Shown here piece by piece: positions 1-9,052 of a stretch of 64,000 nt of DNA. A program made the position numbers and the translations under genes. This DNA comes from an uncultured Gemmatimonadaceae bacterium. Its GTDB lineage: Bacteria > Gemmatimonadota > Gemmatimonadetes > Gemmatimonadales > Gemmatimonadaceae. The notes under the pieces were generated by a model. The model was not told the DNA's origin. It ran no database searches and was given only the letters and a program-made list of their open reading frames with translations. Within the stretch, counting starts at the first letter, position 1. The number at the start of each line of letters is the position of its first letter. The stretch is from the NCBI GenBank assembly GCA_963761305.1, contig CAVXGK010000001.1, positions 1,344,001-1,408,000 on the forward strand, given 5' to 3'.

Positions 1-3
1 GAG

Positions 4-423
4 GTGTTTCTCGCCCACCCAGGCGGTCCGTTCTGGGCAGGACGCGACGCTGGTGCGTGGACGATCCCGAAAGGCGCGGTGGAGTCGGGGGAGGACGTGC
101 TCGACGCTGCCAAGCGCGAGTTCGTCGAAGAAACGGGCATCACCCCGTCGCCGCCGTTCATTCCGCTCGGATTCATCAAACAGAAGGCCGGCAAGACGGT
201 GAACGCCTGGGCGTGGGAAGGAGACGCCGACCCGCGCGCGATCACCAGCAACACGACCAAGACCGAGTGGCCGCGTGGCTCCGGCGAATGGGTGATCTAC
301 CCCGAGATCGACCGCTGCGCGTGGTTCGACGCCGCCATCGCGAGGCAAAAGATCAACCCCGCACAAGCGGAGTTGATCGATCGCCTGGAATTGATGCTCG
401 CGGAGAGCAACTCCGGAGTCTGA
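4..423 (+). CDS. NUDIX hydrolase (predicted NTP pyrophosphohydrolase), probably 5'-truncated by the window edge
   Basis: Nudix box KGAVESGEDVLDAAKREFVEETG; family motifs HPGGPFW and PEIDR. Confidence 0.85.
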   Translation: MFLAHPGGPFWAGRDAGAWTIPKGAVESGEDVLDAAKREFVEETGITPSPPFIPLGFIKQKAGKTVNAWAWEGDADPRAITSNTTKTEWPRGSGEWVIYPEIDRCAWFDAAIARQKINPAQAELIDRLELMLAESNSGV

Positions 424-434
424 GCCGCGAGCGG

Positions 435-1160
435 CTATCGGCCGCCGAGCACCAGTCCGAGTCCGAGCTCGGTTTGCCCGCCGTCCACGAAGATGTGTTG
501 GAAGGCGAGGTTGAGCGCGACGGAGCCGCCGCGGTTGTAGATCGCCGCGCCGCCACCGAGCATGAACTTGCTGCCGCTGCCGCTGTCGCCGACGTCGGGA
601 TTGAAGTCGCCGAAACCGAACGCCGGCGTGAGAAACGGAACGATGCGCAGCTCGTTGGGTCCGCCGCCGCGCGCGATCAGCGACAGCGGAAGACCGACCG
701 ATCCGGCGAGGAGCGTCGACCCCGAGGGGTTCGAAAAACCGAACTCGCCGTTCAGGCCGACGCGCAACAGCGGCGAACTTCGGGAGTCGCTCATCGGAAT
801 GTCGGTGAGCCGCGTGTCGGCACCGACGCCGAGTACGATCGCGCTCGGCCCTCGCGACGGCGAGGACGCGCCCGCGGTGAGCGACACGCTGGATGCGCCG
901 CCTCCGGACAGCAGCGCCGTCGCCACGAAATTGTTCAGCGACCTGCTGAGCTCTCCGCCCGACACGTTGCCGTAGCGCACCGAAAACTCGGCGCCGTTCT
1001 GGTGTTCACCGAGAATGGTGCTGGTGGCGATCGGCGGAAGACCCGCGACCGCGGTCCGCATCAGCGCGATGTACGCAGCGCCGTCGGAGAACGACTGAGC
1101 CGGCGCGTTTGCCGCGAGAAGGACCATTGCGGCGACGGCCAGCGAACTGGGCTTGAACAC
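435..1160 (-). CDS. Secreted, probable outer-membrane beta-barrel protein
   Basis: GTG start with GGAGG RBS; signal peptide (MFKPSSLAVAAMVLLAANAPA); alternating hydrophobic, Gly-rich beta strands to the C-terminus. Confidence 0.6.
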   Translation of the reverse strand: MFKPSSLAVAAMVLLAANAPAQSFSDGAAYIALMRTAVAGLPPIATSTILGEHQNGAEFSVRYGNVSGGELSRSLNNFVATALLSGGGASSVSLTAGASSPSRGPSAIVLGVGADTRLTDIPMSDSRSSPLLRVGLNGEFGFSNPSGSTLLAGSVGLPLSLIARGGGPNELRIVPFLTPAFGFGDFNPDVGDSGSGSKFMLGGGAAIYNRGGSVALNLAFQHIFVDGGQTELGLGLVLGGR

Positions 1161-1193
1161 GGTGACCTCCGTTACGAGACGCCGTGTCTGCTT

Positions 1194-1209
1194 GGCAAGC
1201 CTTGCGCCG
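1194..1209 (-). promoter_or_regulatory. Putative sigma-54 (-24/-12) promoter
   Basis: CGGCGCAAGGCTTGCC on the minus strand: GG-N10-GC spacing with TTGC, about 35 nt upstream of the GTG at 1160. Confidence 0.4.
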
Positions 1210-1233
1210 CGCTCGCCATCGCGGCCGCGCCTT

Positions 1234-1602
1234 TTACGCGCTCGAGAGCCGGTGCCGCCAGTATTTCTCGTCGCGAATGAGCACGTCGAGCTGGATCGCT
1301 CGCTCGCCTTCCTCGACCGAATAGTCAGCGATGTGAATCGTGCTCGTCGGAATGCGCGCGCCGTTGGTGTCTTCCAACAGCAGCTCGAGCTTGTCGCGCG
1401 CGTCGTGATAGCGCTCGAGCATGGCGTCGTCGCGCGCGCCTTCCCGCGGCACCGCGCGGGCGAACAACCGAAATACCGGCTGCACGAGATCGTAGCCGAG
1501 TCCCGGGCGGAATGGCCCCCACGCGCGGCCGGTGCTCGGCTCGGTGTGCTCGAGATCCGAATGTCCGACGATGACGCCCTTGAGACGAACGGTATGCTTC
1601 AC
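1234..1602 (-). CDS. Hypothetical protein
   Basis: 122-aa ORF whose GTG start overlaps the upstream TonB-like gene stop by 4 bp; protein-like composition. Confidence 0.65.
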   Translation of the reverse strand: MKHTVRLKGVIVGHSDLEHTEPSTGRAWGPFRPGLGYDLVQPVFRLFARAVPREGARDDAMLERYHDARDKLELLLEDTNGARIPTSTIHIADYSVEEGERAIQLDVLIRDEKYWRHRLSSA

Positions 1603-2315
1603 GGCTTACGCGGTCCCGGTTTCGCCTTGATGTCGGCGGACTCGGTGATCTTGAACGTGAACTGCTGCTGCACGAGCTGACGCACCTTGGATACGCCGAT
1701 GCGCGCCGGCTCGAACTTCATGTACGGTAACACGTCGCGCACGGCCGACGTGAACTCGGGATTCGTCGCCCGCAGGACAACGAACGACGTCGTGTCGGCG
1801 AACCCGGTCGTGTCGACGATGTACTGCGCGTTGACGAAGCCCTGGACGTGTTGCTCGAGGAGCTTGAGCGGATACGCCGGCGCGGCGCTGCTCGCCGATC
1901 GCACCACGGCGACGTCGACGTCGAGCACCGAATAGACGGAATCCTCTCCCTTGGTGGCCGGCGCTTCAGGCGTGGTCACGGAGTCTTTTCCTCGACTTCT
2001 CGACGTCTCTTTCAGGACCGGCGTCGGCCGGGCGTTGCCGAAACCATGCGTGCCGTCGCCCAGGTCGACGCCAATCGGCGCGAGCTTGATGAATTGGACG
2101 CTCTCTCGCGAACCGGACTGCGTCGGAGTTCGATCCGGAGGCGGACGATAGACCGGGAACGAACGGTTCTCGAATGTCTTCGCCGTGAGGCCGTCTGGCG
2201 GTAACGTGGCGAGAACCCACGCCGCGATGACCGCGACGTGCAACACCGCGCTGAACGACGCGCTGGAGTAACGCAGCGTCGGTGTGACATCCGAACCCAT
2301 CCACGAGCGCATCAT
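1599..2315 (-). CDS. TonB-family energy transducer (N-terminal TM helix plus TonB C-terminal domain)
   Basis: TM helix SAVLHVAVIAAWVLAT with SxxxH motif; Pro-rich linker; C-terminal PAYP...QGFVNAQYIVDTTG...FEPA. Confidence 0.8.
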   Translation of the reverse strand: MMRSWMGSDVTPTLRYSSASFSAVLHVAVIAAWVLATLPPDGLTAKTFENRSFPVYRPPPDRTPTQSGSRESVQFIKLAPIGVDLGDGTHGFGNARPTPVLKETSRSRGKDSVTTPEAPATKGEDSVYSVLDVDVAVVRSASSAAPAYPLKLLEQHVQGFVNAQYIVDTTGFADTTSFVVLRATNPEFTSAVRDVLPYMKFEPARIGVSKVRQLVQQQFTFKITESADIKAKPGPRKP

Positions 2316-2404
2316 GGTGCCCCCCGCCCCCTACTCTCCGACTGCGCTTGCAACTTCCCCGTCACGCGGCTTTCGGGTGGGCGCGCCGCGCGACCTGCTC
2401 CGCT

Positions 2405-2938
2405 CTACGACAGCGAATACCGATCCTTGAGCAACGCCACGTGGTGGCGTTCGTGTCCGGCGATGATGTACAGCAACGCCCGCACGCTGATCGCGGCGCC
2501 GTTCGCCGTACCGCGATGTGTGAACGTCGACGGGTCGAGTCCGCGCACCAGCGACGTCGTCGACGAGCGTACCGCCTGAAATTCGTCCGTGAGATCCGAC
2601 AACGAGCGCTCCGCGAAATTGGCGCTCGGCACCCACGCGTTCTCGTCGAAACCCGGCAGCGGCTGAGCATCCTGCCGCGCGAACCAGAGCGCGCGGAAGC
2701 CCATTACGCGCTCCACGTCCGCCATGTGGCCCACCACCTCTTTCACGGTCCACTTGCCGGGCGCGTACGCGAAGTCGGCGCGAGCGGCCGGAGTCCGGCG
2801 AAGCAGCGCCACCGTGTTGCCGATCTCGGATTCCAGCTGCTGCACGAAGTCGCCATCGGGCACGAGCGAGACGTACTTGCCATAGTAGGCAATGTGCTCG
2901 TCGGGATTCGGCCTGGGAATGCGTGTCGCGCTCGCCAT
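2405..2938 (-). CDS. DinB/YfiT family protein
   Basis: YAPGKWTVKEVVGHMAD and GHERHH metal-binding His motifs. Confidence 0.85.
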   Translation of the reverse strand: MASATRIPRPNPDEHIAYYGKYVSLVPDGDFVQQLESEIGNTVALLRRTPAARADFAYAPGKWTVKEVVGHMADVERVMGFRALWFARQDAQPLPGFDENAWVPSANFAERSLSDLTDEFQAVRSSTTSLVRGLDPSTFTHRGTANGAAISVRALLYIIAGHERHHVALLKDRYSLS

Positions 2939-3061
2939 TTCGCCTCGTCACTCCGTCGATTCGGTTCGTCACCGCAAAACCACTGCGAACTCTTCCTCTC
3001 GAATACAGACTACCGCAACGGCGTCCTCGTCATCGACCTGACAGACTCATGACAACTTGAA

Positions 3062-4429
3062 TCACGTCACCGCGGCCACGGCGGGCGCCCGGGGCTCGGC
3101 GGGCGTCACGCCGCGTGCGAGTTCGCTCTGCCGGCGGCCCAGCCACACCGCGAGCCCGAGGAAGATCACCGAGAGCGGGATGGCGACGTACGAGATTCCC
3201 GAGAGCCCGAGTCCGAGCGCCGCCAACCCACTGTAGCTCCAGCCGCCGATCTGGTCGCCGGTACGATACACCACCGTCTCGATGACGTTCTTCGCCTTGT
3301 ACTTGTCTTCGCGTTTCACGACCGTGAACAACACTTCCATGGCCGGATTGGTCAGCGCGAAGTTGCCGGCTCGCCGCAATACAGTGAAGACGGCAACCAT
3401 CGCGAAAACCGGAAATGTGCCGAGCGCGGCGAAGCCGACGATGCTCAGCACCGGCAGCATGGCCAGTGTTATGGCCAGTCCGAGCCAGCGGATGATCCGA
3501 CCGGTGAAGAAGATCTGGGTGACCAGGGTCAGCGTCTGGACGGCCAGCTCGAGCTGCGCCGACACCGCAGTCCGCGTCGCGCGGTCCGCGTAGACGCGGC
3601 CGACCAGATCGCTCTGCGCGTAGTAGAGAAACGTCGCACCGATGGTGATCAGCACCATGAAACAACAGATTCCGAACAAATAGGGCGACTTCAACACGTG
3701 GGTGAAGCCGGCCCAGATGGTGCCGCCGATCACTTCGGTGTCCGCGGGCTTTCGCACGCTCATCGGCGTCGCGCCCCCGCTGCGCCAAGGGAAGCGCGTC
3801 ACGGTGAGGACGGCCAGCTCGAGGAGTCCCGCCGACACGAGCAGCAGCGTGATCGGCCCGATGCGCGTCGCCAGCGCCGCCGCCGCCGCCGAACCCGTGA
3901 TCGAGCCGAGCGTGCCGCCGACGCCGATGAAACCGAACATCCGTTTCGCCTGCTCGCTGGTGAACGTGTCGGCCATCAAACACCAGAAGATCGACGTGTT
4001 GAACAGCGCGAACACGGTCGTCCACACGAACAGCGTGCGCGACGTCCACACGTCCACCGACGACCCTTCCTTGGCCGAGACAAAGCGCAGCACGACGTAG
4101 AACACGAGCATGCTCGCGACGAAGAACTGGTAGGCGATCGGAATGAATCGCCGCACCGGAAACTTCACGACCAGCGCCGCGAACATCGGATTGAGCAGGA
4201 TGGTGACCGAGAGCGTGGCGGTGAACAGCCATTTGAGCTTGTTGACGCCCGTCGCCGCGGCGACCTCGTCCCGCATCGCCCGCAAGACGAAGTAGCTGCT
4301 CAGCAGAAAGAAGAAGAACACGGCCGACGTGAGCATCGCGCGCACCTCGCCGTCACGTACGTCGACGACGCGGCGCAACAGGCCCATGCCTCCGCTTGGC
4401 GGCGCGGGCGCCGCCCGACCGTCGCTCAT
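3062..4429 (-). CDS. MFS transporter, NTT / ATP:ADP antiporter (AAA, TLC)-like
   Basis: About 12 TM segments; motifs SYFVLRAMRDE, FW..MADTF..EQAKRMFG, DKYKAKNVIETVVYRTGD; start placed at ATG 4429 (ATGA overlap with upstream stop). Confidence 0.8.
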   Translation of the reverse strand: MSDGRAAPAPPSGGMGLLRRVVDVRDGEVRAMLTSAVFFFFLLSSYFVLRAMRDEVAAATGVNKLKWLFTATLSVTILLNPMFAALVVKFPVRRFIPIAYQFFVASMLVFYVVLRFVSAKEGSSVDVWTSRTLFVWTTVFALFNTSIFWCLMADTFTSEQAKRMFGFIGVGGTLGSITGSAAAAALATRIGPITLLLVSAGLLELAVLTVTRFPWRSGGATPMSVRKPADTEVIGGTIWAGFTHVLKSPYLFGICCFMVLITIGATFLYYAQSDLVGRVYADRATRTAVSAQLELAVQTLTLVTQIFFTGRIIRWLGLAITLAMLPVLSIVGFAALGTFPVFAMVAVFTVLRRAGNFALTNPAMEVLFTVVKREDKYKAKNVIETVVYRTGDQIGGWSYSGLAALGLGLSGISYVAIPLSVIFLGLAVWLGRRQSELARGVTPAEPRAPAVAAVT

Positions 4430-5631
4430 TTCGTCGCCTGCTTCGACTTCCATGCGGCGATCACTTCGCTCTCACGATCGGCGGAGATCCCCGCGCGTCC
4501 CCCTTTCGCCAACGTCTCCAAATCGGCGGCGGGTCGCGTTTTATTCCAGTCGAGCGTGTCCTTCGCCGTCACCGCGAGCGGGCGGAACGTGAGCCCCGCC
4601 GCGAGCGCTTTCTTGATGCTGCGGCGCGAGAATGCGACGTTGTTCGGCCGATCCGGCACCCAGACCGGCATGCTCGCCAGCGTCGGGCTGCTCACCCACG
4701 CGCGCACCTTTTGTTCGGTGAGGAAATCCGCCGGGACCCACGTGAACTGCGCGCCGGCCGTCGTGACGGCTTTGATGCCGTAGAGGAGCTGCGCCATCGT
4801 GAGCGGCGCGACCGGTCCCGTCGCGTTGAACGTGCCGAACGTCTTGTTCTCCGCCATGCGAATCGTGAACTCGGCGATGTCGCGCGAGTCGATGATCTGC
4901 ACCGGATCGTTGCCGTCGCCCGGCGCGAGGACTTCGCCGCCCTTGTCGATGCGATACGGCCAGTACGTGAAGCGATCGGAGACATCCAGCGGACCAACGA
5001 TCAGTCCCGGGCGGATGATGGTGTTGATCCCGGGATACTGCTTTTCGACTTCCTTCTCCGAGTACGCCTTCAGCGCCCCATAGAACTTTCCAAAGTTCTG
5101 ACGGTCGAGCGTGTACGGATCGAGGCCCTCGGGCAACGGGGCCGTCGGATCGGTTTCATCGGACCACGCGTTCTTGTCGCTCGCGTAGGCGGAGATCGTC
5201 GAGATGAAGATGTAGTGGCTGGTGTTGCCCTTGAGGTACTGCGCCGCGTTGCGCACCCACGCCGGCGCCGTCGTCGGGTTGTCGATCACGACGTCGAACT
5301 TGAGCCCCTTGAGCGCGCTCATATCCTCGTTCAGATCGCCGATCAGCTGCTCGACGCGGCCCTTGAAGAAATCCGGCCGCGTCTTGTTGCGATTGATCAG
5401 CGTGACTTTGTGGCCGCGCGCGATCGCGTACTCCACCTGCTCTGGACCGGTGAATCCAGTCCCACCCAAAATCAGAATGCTGAGCGACGCCTTGGCCCGT
5501 TCGACCTGGCGCTTCGAGCTCGGAATCGGCTCGGCCGACAATGCCGGGACGAGGCCGGGCAGGGTCTCGAGGCCGAGCGCCCCGGCGGCGACGGCCGAGG
5601 CCTTGAGGAAGTTGCGTCGGTTGGTGGGCAC
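4426..5631 (-). CDS. Tat-exported NAD(P)-dependent epimerase/dehydratase (extended SDR, isoflavone-reductase-like)
   Basis: C-terminal part of ORF 4426..7518; GTG start at 5631; twin-arginine TNRRNFLK; Rossmann ILILGGTGFTG; YGALK (YxxxK). Confidence 0.85.
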   Translation of the reverse strand: MPTNRRNFLKASAVAAGALGLETLPGLVPALSAEPIPSSKRQVERAKASLSILILGGTGFTGPEQVEYAIARGHKVTLINRNKTRPDFFKGRVEQLIGDLNEDMSALKGLKFDVVIDNPTTAPAWVRNAAQYLKGNTSHYIFISTISAYASDKNAWSDETDPTAPLPEGLDPYTLDRQNFGKFYGALKAYSEKEVEKQYPGINTIIRPGLIVGPLDVSDRFTYWPYRIDKGGEVLAPGDGNDPVQIIDSRDIAEFTIRMAENKTFGTFNATGPVAPLTMAQLLYGIKAVTTAGAQFTWVPADFLTEQKVRAWVSSPTLASMPVWVPDRPNNVAFSRRSIKKALAAGLTFRPLAVTAKDTLDWNKTRPAADLETLAKGGRAGISADRESEVIAAWKSKQATK

Positions 5632-5820
5632 GGGAGGCTCCGGGTCGAGGTCGATCGACGGGCGTTGGAGAGGGTCCAAGTTGGTCAGCGGGCCTGTCTT
5701 TCGACAGTCCACCGTGGTTTGGCGGGATGTACGGATTTGGTGACGTACTGGCTGGGCAGCTTTGCGACGAGGCGGTAGTTTCCCGATTCGATCATCTTCG
5801 CGTCTCCACCGAGGTCGCCA

Positions 5821-7551
5821 ATGGTCCGAGCCCGCCGCCGATCGTCGATCCGCGCGATTGCCCCGTGCGTCTTGCTCTTCGTCGCAACGGGCGTTTCCGC
5901 TCAACAAGCTTCCGAGTCGCAGCCGGTCACGTCGCGCGACGGGATGGTCATCACGACCTCGGCGCCAGCGTCCGACGTGGGGGCCGCGATCCTCAAGAAG
6001 GGTGGAAACGCCGTCGATGCCGCCGTCGCGACGGCGTTCGCGCTCGCGGTGACACACCCGAGCGCGGGCAACATCGGCGGCGGCGGCTTCATGGTCGTTC
6101 GCCTCGCGGACGGCACCGCGACGACGATCGACTACCGCGAACGCGCGCCGCTTCGCTCCACGAAGACGATGTACCTCGATTCGACAGGCAAGATTGCGCG
6201 CCAGCTCACGGCCACCGGGTATCTCGCGCCGGGCGTACCCGGCACGGTGCGCGGCCTCGCGCTCGCTCACGGCAAGTTCGGCAAGCTGGCGTGGAAAGAC
6301 GACGTGATGCCGGCCGTCGAGCTCGCCGAAAAGGGATTCGTCCTCTCGACGGCGCTCGCCCGTTCGCTGAATCGTGAAGTCGCGGGCGCCATGGCGAAGT
6401 ATCCGGCGTCGGTCGCGGCATATGGCAAGCCCGGCGGCGGCGAGTGGGCGGCCGGTGACACGCTGGTGTTGCGCGATCTCGGTCGCACGCTCCGCGCGAT
6501 CGCCACGAAGGGACCGAACGCTTTCTACACCGGATGGATCGCCGACAGCATCGCCGCGTCGATGGCGAAGAACGGCGGTCTCATCTCCAAGCGCGATCTC
6601 GCCGAGTATCAGGCGAAGAGTCGCGCGCCGATTCGCGGCACGTATCGCGGCTACGAGTTGATCTCGATGCCGCCGCCGACCAGCGGCGGCGTGACGATGA
6701 TCGAGATGCTCAACATTCTCGAGCAGTTCGATCTGTCGAAGCTCGGCGACATGTCGCCCGCCGCGTTGCATCTCGAGATCGAAGCGATGCGGCGCGGCTA
6801 CCTCGATCGCGCGCGCTACCTCGGCGATCCCGCCTTCGTGAAGATGCCGATCGCCAAGCTCACGTCGAAGAGCTACGCCAAGACACTCGCCTCGTCGATC
6901 GACCTCTCGCACGCGACGAACAGCGCCGAGCTCGGACGCGACATCGTCACGCAGATCGCGTCGACCGAGGAAGACGAGACCACCCAATTCTCGATCGTCG
7001 ACCGCACGGGGAACGCGGTGTCGAACACGTTCACGCTCGAAGGCGGCTTCGGCTCGCACGTCGTGGTCGACGGCGCGGGGTTCATCCTCAACAACGAGAT
7101 GGGCGACTTCAACAAGAAGCCGGGCGAGACGAATCTGACGGGCGACATCGGCACGCCGGCGAATCAGATCGCGCCGGGCAAGCGCATGCTCAGCTCGATG
7201 AGCCCGACCATCATCACGAAGAACGGAAAGCTCTTCATGGTGACCGGATCGCCGGGCGGCCGCACGATCATCAACACGGTGATGGAGATCGTGCTCGGGG
7301 TGATCGACTTCGGGCTCGACGCACGGCAAGCGGTGGATGCATCGAGGTTCCACCACCAGTGGCTGCCCGATGAGGTGACGTTCGAGCGCAACGCGGTCCC
7401 CGATTCGGTGGCCGCCCGGTTGCGCGCAATGGGGCACGACGTCCGCTTTGGCGGCCTGCAGGGGGACGGGCACACGATCGTCGTCCGGGACGGGGTCGCC
7501 AGCGGCGCGAACGATCATCGGAGCCCCGACTCGAAGGTCGGCATCCCCTGA
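5821..7551 (+). CDS. ggt: Gamma-glutamyltransferase / glutathione hydrolase
   Basis: GGNAVDAAVA, GNIGGGGF, DYRERAP, Thr nucleophile ETTQFS, LNNEMGDF, SSMSP, GSPGG; signal peptide. Confidence 0.93.
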   Translation: MVRARRRSSIRAIAPCVLLFVATGVSAQQASESQPVTSRDGMVITTSAPASDVGAAILKKGGNAVDAAVATAFALAVTHPSAGNIGGGGFMVVRLADGTATTIDYRERAPLRSTKTMYLDSTGKIARQLTATGYLAPGVPGTVRGLALAHGKFGKLAWKDDVMPAVELAEKGFVLSTALARSLNREVAGAMAKYPASVAAYGKPGGGEWAAGDTLVLRDLGRTLRAIATKGPNAFYTGWIADSIAASMAKNGGLISKRDLAEYQAKSRAPIRGTYRGYELISMPPPTSGGVTMIEMLNILEQFDLSKLGDMSPAALHLEIEAMRRGYLDRARYLGDPAFVKMPIAKLTSKSYAKTLASSIDLSHATNSAELGRDIVTQIASTEEDETTQFSIVDRTGNAVSNTFTLEGGFGSHVVVDGAGFILNNEMGDFNKKPGETNLTGDIGTPANQIAPGKRMLSSMSPTIITKNGKLFMVTGSPGGRTIINTVMEIVLGVIDFGLDARQAVDASRFHHQWLPDEVTFERNAVPDSVAARLRAMGHDVRFGGLQGDGHTIVVRDGVASGANDHRSPDSKVGIP

Positions 7552-7588
7552 TGTAACTTTGGTTCAACCGCGGCCAGATCGGAGCGAC

Positions 7589-8017
7589 ATGGCACGTCAG
7601 CCACGAAAAGGACGAGGTGGGGGAGCCGGAGGGGGAGGCGGCGGTGCCGCCGGTCGGGCGCCGAGGAAGACCCGAGGAAAGGTCCGGACCTCCGACTATT
7701 TCACGCAGCCCGGCAAGCGCGGCGCCGTTGTGGTGTTGCGCAAACCCATAGGAAATCGCGCCACGGCAAAGGTTTGCGGCGTGATGCCGAGCCGCGTCCA
7801 CGCCAAGATGCTGATCAACGCGCTCGAGCGCGCCGAGTCGGTCGTGAAGGATCTGTTCATGGAGGCGACCGACGACGGCATCGAGGCACTCGAAGCCGTG
7901 CTGGCGGCGTGTTGCCGCGAGGTCCTCGAGAAGGGTCCCAAGGTCGCCCCCGTCCCGGAGAATTACGTCGAGCCGCCTTCGGAAGACGACGAGGCCGCTG
8001 GATTGGACGCGGAGTAA
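7589..8017 (+). CDS. Hypothetical protein with basic Gly/Arg/Lys-rich N-terminus and acidic C-terminus
   Basis: ATG at 7589 with GGAG RBS; in frame with ORF 7448..8017. Confidence 0.65.
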   Translation: MARQPRKGRGGGAGGGGGGAAGRAPRKTRGKVRTSDYFTQPGKRGAVVVLRKPIGNRATAKVCGVMPSRVHAKMLINALERAESVVKDLFMEATDDGIEALEAVLAACCREVLEKGPKVAPVPENYVEPPSEDDEAAGLDAE

Positions 8018-8038
8018 GCGCGGGCGTCCGAGCGCGCG

Positions 8039-9052
8039 CTACTTCTTGCGCGGAGCGTAGCCGGCGAAATGGCCGGTGTGGTGCCAGGTGGAGGTCTGTG
8101 AGTAGTCCTCCGGCTCGGCCGGTTCCGTCTCGCTCAGCTTGCGAACGTCGATGCTGACGATGCCATGCTCGTCGACGTCGTTGTAGATGTTGACGAATCG
8201 TTCGCCGACGACGATTTCCTCGGGCTTGTACGACGAGCGCGCGTGCACCGTCTGCGAGAACGTTTCGTCGATCCCGGCAAGCAGAATCATGAACTCGGCG
8301 TCCTTGTTCACGAAGTCGGCGTGCGTGTAGCCGCGCATCGGACTTTTTTCGTCAATCGGATGCACGACGGTCCAGCTCAGCGGGAAGAACGTCACGCGTG
8401 AACGCTCGAGCTTGAGCTCGTCGTACTTTCGCACCGAGCCCTCGATGCGGCTGAACAGCACCTTCGCTTCGATCTCGACGATCTGGTTGCTGCGGCCGTT
8501 GGTGACCCGGAACATGAAGGCCGTGATGCCGCGGTACGGCGCGATGACGCTGCGCGAGCTGAACACGATCGCGGCTGTCGGCCGTGAGAATCGCGCGAAC
8601 AAGAGTCCGGTGCCCAGCGCGAAGACCAGCAGGCCGATGAGCGCTTCGACGGTCATGACGAGATGGGGCGCCACGCCGTTCGGGACGATGTTGCCGTAGC
8701 CGATGGTCGACAGCGTCTCGACGCTGAAGAAGAATGCGCGCCCGAACGGCCCGCCGGTCTGGCTGCTGGGAATGCCGTCGAGGGCCCCCGTTCCACAGGC
8801 GAGATAGGCGAACGCGAAGAGCGTGTTGGCGACGAAATAGCCGACGGTGATGATCGCGAGAAACTTCGGCCAGCTGATCGTGAGCAGGAAATGGTAGGGC
8901 GCGAGCGACGTGAGGAGCGGCACGCCGCGACGGCGCGGATTGAACGTGCCGTCGCGGTTGAGGAGCCGTTTCTCGTTCGCGCCACCGATGACCGAGCCGA
9001 ACCCAAGATCTTTGGGCTCTTCGATGTCGAGGCGCGGCGGGGCGGCGGTCAC
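8039..9052 (-). CDS. Inward-rectifier potassium channel (KirBac family)
   Basis: FFFSVETLSTIGYG pore/selectivity filter; FARFSRP; cytoplasmic SWTVVHPIDEKSP and DETFSQTVHARSSY; GTG at 9052 overlaps upstream TGA. Confidence 0.92.
   Translation of the reverse strand: MTAAPPRLDIEEPKDLGFGSVIGGANEKRLLNRDGTFNPRRRGVPLLTSLAPYHFLLTISWPKFLAIITVGYFVANTLFAFAYLACGTGALDGIPSSQTGGPFGRAFFFSVETLSTIGYGNIVPNGVAPHLVMTVEALIGLLVFALGTGLLFARFSRPTAAIVFSSRSVIAPYRGITAFMFRVTNGRSNQIVEIEAKVLFSRIEGSVRKYDELKLERSRVTFFPLSWTVVHPIDEKSPMRGYTHADFVNKDAEFMILLAGIDETFSQTVHARSSYKPEEIVVGERFVNIYNDVDEHGIVSIDVRKLSETEPAEPEDYSQTSTWHHTGHFAGYAPRKK

Noticed and set aside
5632..7518. N-terminal 629 codons of the 1030-aa minus-strand ORF (apparent giant fusion)
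   Set aside because: Mostly the antisense shadow of ggt; the real gene starts at the Tat signal (GTG 5631)
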